Source: Octopus bimaculoides (lineage: Eukaryota). From it: a stretch of DNA of 64,000 bases. Location of the stretch: NCBI RefSeq assembly GCF_001194135.2, contig NC_068981.1:155007043-155071042 (forward strand). The letters run 5' to 3'. The translations under genes were made by a program, and so were the position numbers. The first letter of the stretch is position 1, and each line of letters opens with the position of its first letter. The notes under the pieces are model-generated. The model did not search any database. It was not told the DNA's origin and saw only the letters and a program-made list of their open reading frames with translations. Below are positions 61,601 through 64,000 of the stretch, one piece after another.

Positions 61601-63787
61601 GTGTTTAGCTTTCTCAAAATTTGTGTCTATGATAGAAATTAATGTTATGATTGAGATAAGGCAGAGATATTGTATTTTCTTAATTTTGATTTCAATGTAG
61701 TTTTGATGATTAGTTAAAATCAGTGCTGTTTATTTTCAGGCTAGAACAACATACAACACCTGAAATATTCCGCACACCACTTCATGAATTAGCATTGGCT
61801 ATCAAACTGCTAAGGCTCGGGTCTATTGGTCTATTTTTGGCCAAAGCTGTTGAGCCACCTCCTATTGATGCTGTTATTGAAGCTGAAGCCCTATTAAAAG
61901 GTGAGGATTTACATATCTTAAAATTCTTGGCTAATCTAATTTTATCTCTTGTTTGCAGTGTAAATAAAATATATTGAAAATCTTATTTTTCTTTCTAGAA
62001 ATGCGTGCTCTTGATTCTAATGATGAATTAACTCCTTTGGGCCGTATTCTTGCCAGACTTCCTATTGAACCTCGCTTAGGAAAAATGATGATTTATGGTT
62101 GCCTGTTTTAGTAAGTTGCAGTTTTCTCATGTCCCAATATTGTTTGCTATATTTTCTTTTTTTAGTTACTAACCAGATTTATAACCATTCTTGAGCATCT
62201 TATTTTCCAGTATTACCAGAAGTAACTTGAGACTAATTCATAAATTTAGTTACAGGTTACTTGAAATGAACATTGTTTTTGTATGAATGGAAAAGTTATG
62301 TTAATAGAGTGGTTTACTTTAGATTTAACTAAATGTCTATTATGACATGCTGTCAAATGGTGAATCAGAACCTTTTAATTGTAATTAAGTATCAAACAAC
62401 TGAGAATCAATGTAAATATGAAAATATTCATCAACCCTAAATAACAGCTAACCTTATACAAACTACCATTTTAGAATACTGCTTATATGTCAGAGTAAGA
62501 GTTATTTCCTTATATGCATATACCATAGAAATAGCTATGATAAACCCATGTTTAAGTTCAATTCTACATCATTCACCTTTTGTCTCACATCCACCTCATT
62601 TGTGACAATGACTTTTTTTTTTTTTACTTCTTGTATAACTAAATGCAAGACTGTAAGTAGGCCATATGCATTTCTCTTCCTCTAATTTTAAAGTTGCTTT
62701 CAGCAGTTTGATTCTTGTTTCTCTATTTCCCTTCTATGATTCAAATATATCTTTATACAGCTGTGGAGATGCTGTGTGTACAGTTGCTGCTAGCACTACG
62801 TTTCCAGAACCATTTATAACACATGACCGGAAGCGCCTTGGCTGGATACATAAAAATCTGGCTGGTACAAGATGCAGTGATCATGTAGCCTTATTGAATG
62901 CATTTCAACTTTGGGAAGATGCTCGGTGTGTACTCATATTCATTTCCATTTAATTCTACCATTTTATACCTAGTTTTCTGAATTATTTTCTCACCCAAAA
63001 TATATGCTTTTATTTCAGTATGGCTGGTGAAGATAGTGAAGCTTGCTTTTGTGACAATAAATCTCTTTCAATGCCAACGTTGCGAATGACATGTGAAGCA
63101 AAGGTAATCAGTTATATTTATGTACATTTATATATATTATGAAATTACCCTTATTCTTGTCAAAAAAGTATTTGTAGCAATGTGTTTGAATTTGGATGGC
63201 TTTTTGAGTACTTGAATTTAGCCATATTTTTAATTGGATATTGAAATTGTCATCATCATTAATATCTGCTTTTTTTCCCCAAAATATCATCTTAAGTTTA
63301 ATGTTTACTGTCAGTCATTGTAATCCTTTTGTCTTTTCAAAAGTTTTCAGATCGGACTTTTTCTTGTTTTCCCTAGCTTTACCACAGTTATCTTACCCTG
63401 CATACATCAGTTGTTATCTTCTCAACTCTCTCAGCTAATAATTGTACATGCATCAAATCGTACACACCTCATTTCACTCCAACTTTTATAGATCTGCTGT
63501 ACAATGTTGCTGCTACCATGCAACATTTGAATTGTTGTATATGCTTCATACAGTCTGCTTCTTACTGACTGAAAAAAAAAAGGGGTGGGGACTAGTCTAA
63601 CCAATACTTTAAAGTGCCATTGAGTATTATTATGTTTCTGATTACTAAAACGTTTTTGTATATATTTTTTCTTCCTTTACATTTGTAGAATCAGTTAAGA
63701 GATATTCTTACCAATACTGGTTTCCCAGAAGAATGTATGTTGCCCAAAGTATACAATTACACTGGACCCGATGGTAATTTAGATATT
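25585..63787 (+). CDS. DHX9: ATP-dependent RNA helicase A (DHX9/maleless), spliced CDS, 26 coding exons in window, 3' end beyond window
   Basis: 26 exons with GT-AG boundaries and consistent phases sum to 2943 nt (981 codons, no stops). N-terminus [14 protein letters not shown], two dsRBDs, [39 protein letters not shown] and HA2 match DHX9 as I recall it. Confidence 0.97.
27380..27650 (+). mobile_element. SINE in DHX9 intron 1 (similar copies near 26620, 29500, 33820, 36010 on plus; 32260 on minus)
   Basis: tggctgtgtggtaagaagcttgcttcccaaccac...ggaaactgaaagaagccc. Confidence 0.85.
28315..28540 (+). mobile_element. Nin/Deu-domain-like SINE in intron 1
   Basis: ggggtcgactagcctttcatcctttcagggttgataaaataagtaccag core; family name is from recall. 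Confidence 0.75.
30392..30641. mobile_element. hAT-type MITE, 250 bp
   Basis: Perfect 8-bp TSD GTTATTAC (30384-30391, 30642-30649); imperfect TIR CAGGGCTGTGGAGT / ACTCCATGGGCCTG. Confidence 0.88.
34768..34902 (+). CDS. DHX9: DHX9 coding exon 2 (dsRBD1)
   Basis: [45 protein letters not shown]; ttttag / GTAAGT. Confidence 0.96.
35559..35655 (+). CDS. DHX9: DHX9 coding exon 3 (linker)
   Basis: [32 protein letters not shown]; ttccag / GTAAGT; phase 0 to 1, fits neighbours. Confidence 0.88.
35747..35847 (+). CDS. DHX9: DHX9 coding exon 4 (linker)
   Basis: [34 protein letters not shown]; phase 1 to 0. Confidence 0.9.
36565..36923. mobile_element. Two oppositely oriented piggyBac-MITE copies in intron 4
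   Basis: 36565-36700 is a reverse partial copy; 36703-36923 starts TTAA CCTTTTTGACAC and ends GGTATGAAAAGGG. Confidence 0.7.
37471..37610 (+). CDS. DHX9: DHX9 coding exon 5 (dsRBD2 start)
   Basis: [47 protein letters not shown]; donor GTAAGT, phase 2. Confidence 0.96.
49021..50192 (+). mobile_element. Decayed mariner transposon in intron 5
   Basis: WVPHKL at 49538, [17 protein letters not shown] in ORF 49865-50128; TIR core ATAAATAATGTGG (49034) / CCACATTATTTAT (50168); frameshifts and stops. Confidence 0.9.
51740..51786 (+). CDS. DHX9: DHX9 coding exon 6 (dsRBD2)
   Basis: [15 protein letters not shown]; ttttgtag / GTAAGT; phase 2 to 1. Confidence 0.95.
52017..52153 (+). CDS. DHX9: DHX9 coding exon 7 (dsRBD2 end)
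   Basis: [46 protein letters not shown]. Confidence 0.96.
52980..53400 (+). mobile_element. Old RTE-like LINE ORF2 C-terminal fragment in intron 7
   Basis: Broken frames read [13 protein letters not shown] ... GRGR, typical of RTE C-termini. Confidence 0.5.
53512..53601 (+). CDS. DHX9: DHX9 coding exon 8
   Basis: [30 protein letters not shown]; tttacag / GTAAGT. Confidence 0.92.
53709..53876 (+). CDS. DHX9: DHX9 coding exon 9 (MTAD)
   Basis: ...[27 protein letters not shown]; donor GTGAGT. Confidence 0.95.
54661..54738 (+). CDS. DHX9: DHX9 coding exon 10
   Basis: [26 protein letters not shown]; tttag / GTAAGT. Confidence 0.93.
55251..55370 (+). CDS. DHX9: DHX9 coding exon 11 (Walker A)
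   Basis: [40 protein letters not shown]. Confidence 0.97.
55651..56805 (-). mobile_element. Internally deleted piggyBac (PGBD4-like) element in intron 11
   Basis: TTAA at 55647-55650 and 56806-56809; minus-strand remnants: acidic N-terminus to EETNRYA (56099-56542) and LFKIRPLID...[19 protein letters not shown] (55793-55990). Confidence 0.9.
57405..57476 (+). CDS. DHX9: DHX9 coding exon 12
   Basis: [24 protein letters not shown]. Confidence 0.95.
58362..58503 (+). CDS. DHX9: DHX9 coding exon 13 (motifs Ia/Ib)
   Basis: [47 protein letters not shown]. Confidence 0.96.
58656..58738 (+). CDS. DHX9: DHX9 coding exon 14 (DEIH)
   Basis: [28 protein letters not shown]. Confidence 0.97.
58929..59085 (+). 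CDS. DHX9: DHX9 coding exon 15 (SAT motif III)
   Basis: [52 protein letters not shown]. Confidence 0.96.
59207..59313 (+). CDS. DHX9: DHX9 coding exon 16
   Basis: [36 protein letters not shown]. Confidence 0.95.
59595..59693 (+). CDS. DHX9: DHX9 coding exon 17
   Basis: [33 protein letters not shown]. Confidence 0.95.
59820..59934 (+). CDS. DHX9: DHX9 coding exon 18 (motif IV)
   Basis: [38 protein letters not shown]. Confidence 0.96.
60141..60235 (+). CDS. DHX9: DHX9 coding exon 19
   Basis: [32 protein letters not shown]. Confidence 0.96.
60315..60810 (-). mobile_element. Young RTE LINE 3' end, antisense in intron 19
   Basis: Minus [15 protein letters not shown]...[12 protein letters not shown]...DRDLWK, then 3' UTR and (GAT)n tail. 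Confidence 0.93.
61041..61114 (+). CDS. DHX9: DHX9 coding exon 20 (motif V)
   Basis: [25 protein letters not shown]. Confidence 0.96.
61212..61364 (+). CDS. DHX9: DHX9 coding exon 21 (motif VI)
   Basis: [51 protein letters not shown]. Confidence 0.97.
61740..61900 (+). CDS. DHX9: DHX9 coding exon 22
   Basis: [53 protein letters not shown]. Confidence 0.96.
61999..62110 (+). CDS. DHX9: DHX9 coding exon 23 (HA2)
   Basis: [38 protein letters not shown]. Confidence 0.96.
62761..62925 (+). CDS. DHX9: DHX9 coding exon 24
   Basis: [55 protein letters not shown]; donor GTGTGT. Confidence 0.94.
63019..63103 (+). CDS. DHX9: DHX9 coding exon 25
   Basis: [28 protein letters not shown]. Confidence 0.94.
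63689..63787 (+). CDS. DHX9: DHX9 coding exon 26 (last in window)
   Basis: [33 protein letters not shown]; donor GTAAGT, so gene continues. Confidence 0.94.
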
Positions 63788-64000
63788 GTAAGTAATAGAT
63801 CAGTTTGAATTTGTCAGGAACTTGCTTCTATTGCAAAGATTGTAAATTTCTCACTTTTATGCGTTTTATTTATTAACATAGGTACGAGTTAGAAATATGC
63901 TTATATGCTTTCTTAATCTGAAATGTTATGAAATCATAAACCTTTCAAATCTTAATTCAGTCAAATTCTTTACTATGTAAATCAAGAAGTACAATATTTT

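Noticed and set aside
1-64000. CRISPR arrays, tRNA/rRNA genes, prokaryotic operons
   Set aside because: No repeat-spacer array or complete cloverleaf seen; tRNA-like boxes belong to SINE heads; architecture is eukaryotic.

Overview
AT-rich animal genomic DNA. The SINE, RTE and MITE families and the microsatellite density suggest an octopod cephalopod, probably Octopus; this is an inference. The main feature is a plus-strand DHX9 (RNA helicase A / maleless) gene. I traced 26 GT-AG coding exons from the ATG at 25585 to 63787. They join into one open frame of 981 codons (dsRBD1, dsRBD2, MTAD, DExH helicase motifs I-VI, HA2), and the gene continues past the window end. A CpG-retaining region at about 13.4-19.3 kb looks like a bidirectional promoter, with a possible spliced minus-strand transcript running leftwards. 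Mobile elements include a near-complete Tc1 (DD34E), a decayed mariner, an internally deleted piggyBac with related TTAA MITEs, hAT MITEs, young RTE LINE tails and many SINEs. The most interesting observation is DHX9 coding intron 5 (37611-51739, 14.1 kb, inside dsRBD2). It lacks recognisable TE copies for about 10 kb and holds several strong cryptic cassette exons (32, 17 and 85 nt) plus an AG|GT site near its midpoint. Each cassette alone, and every combination, gives a premature stop. By my recollection of human exon sizes this intron corresponds to the one carrying the human DHX9 poison exon 6A, which would suggest an ancient or convergent splicing-NMD control system. All regulatory claims are predictions from sequence only.
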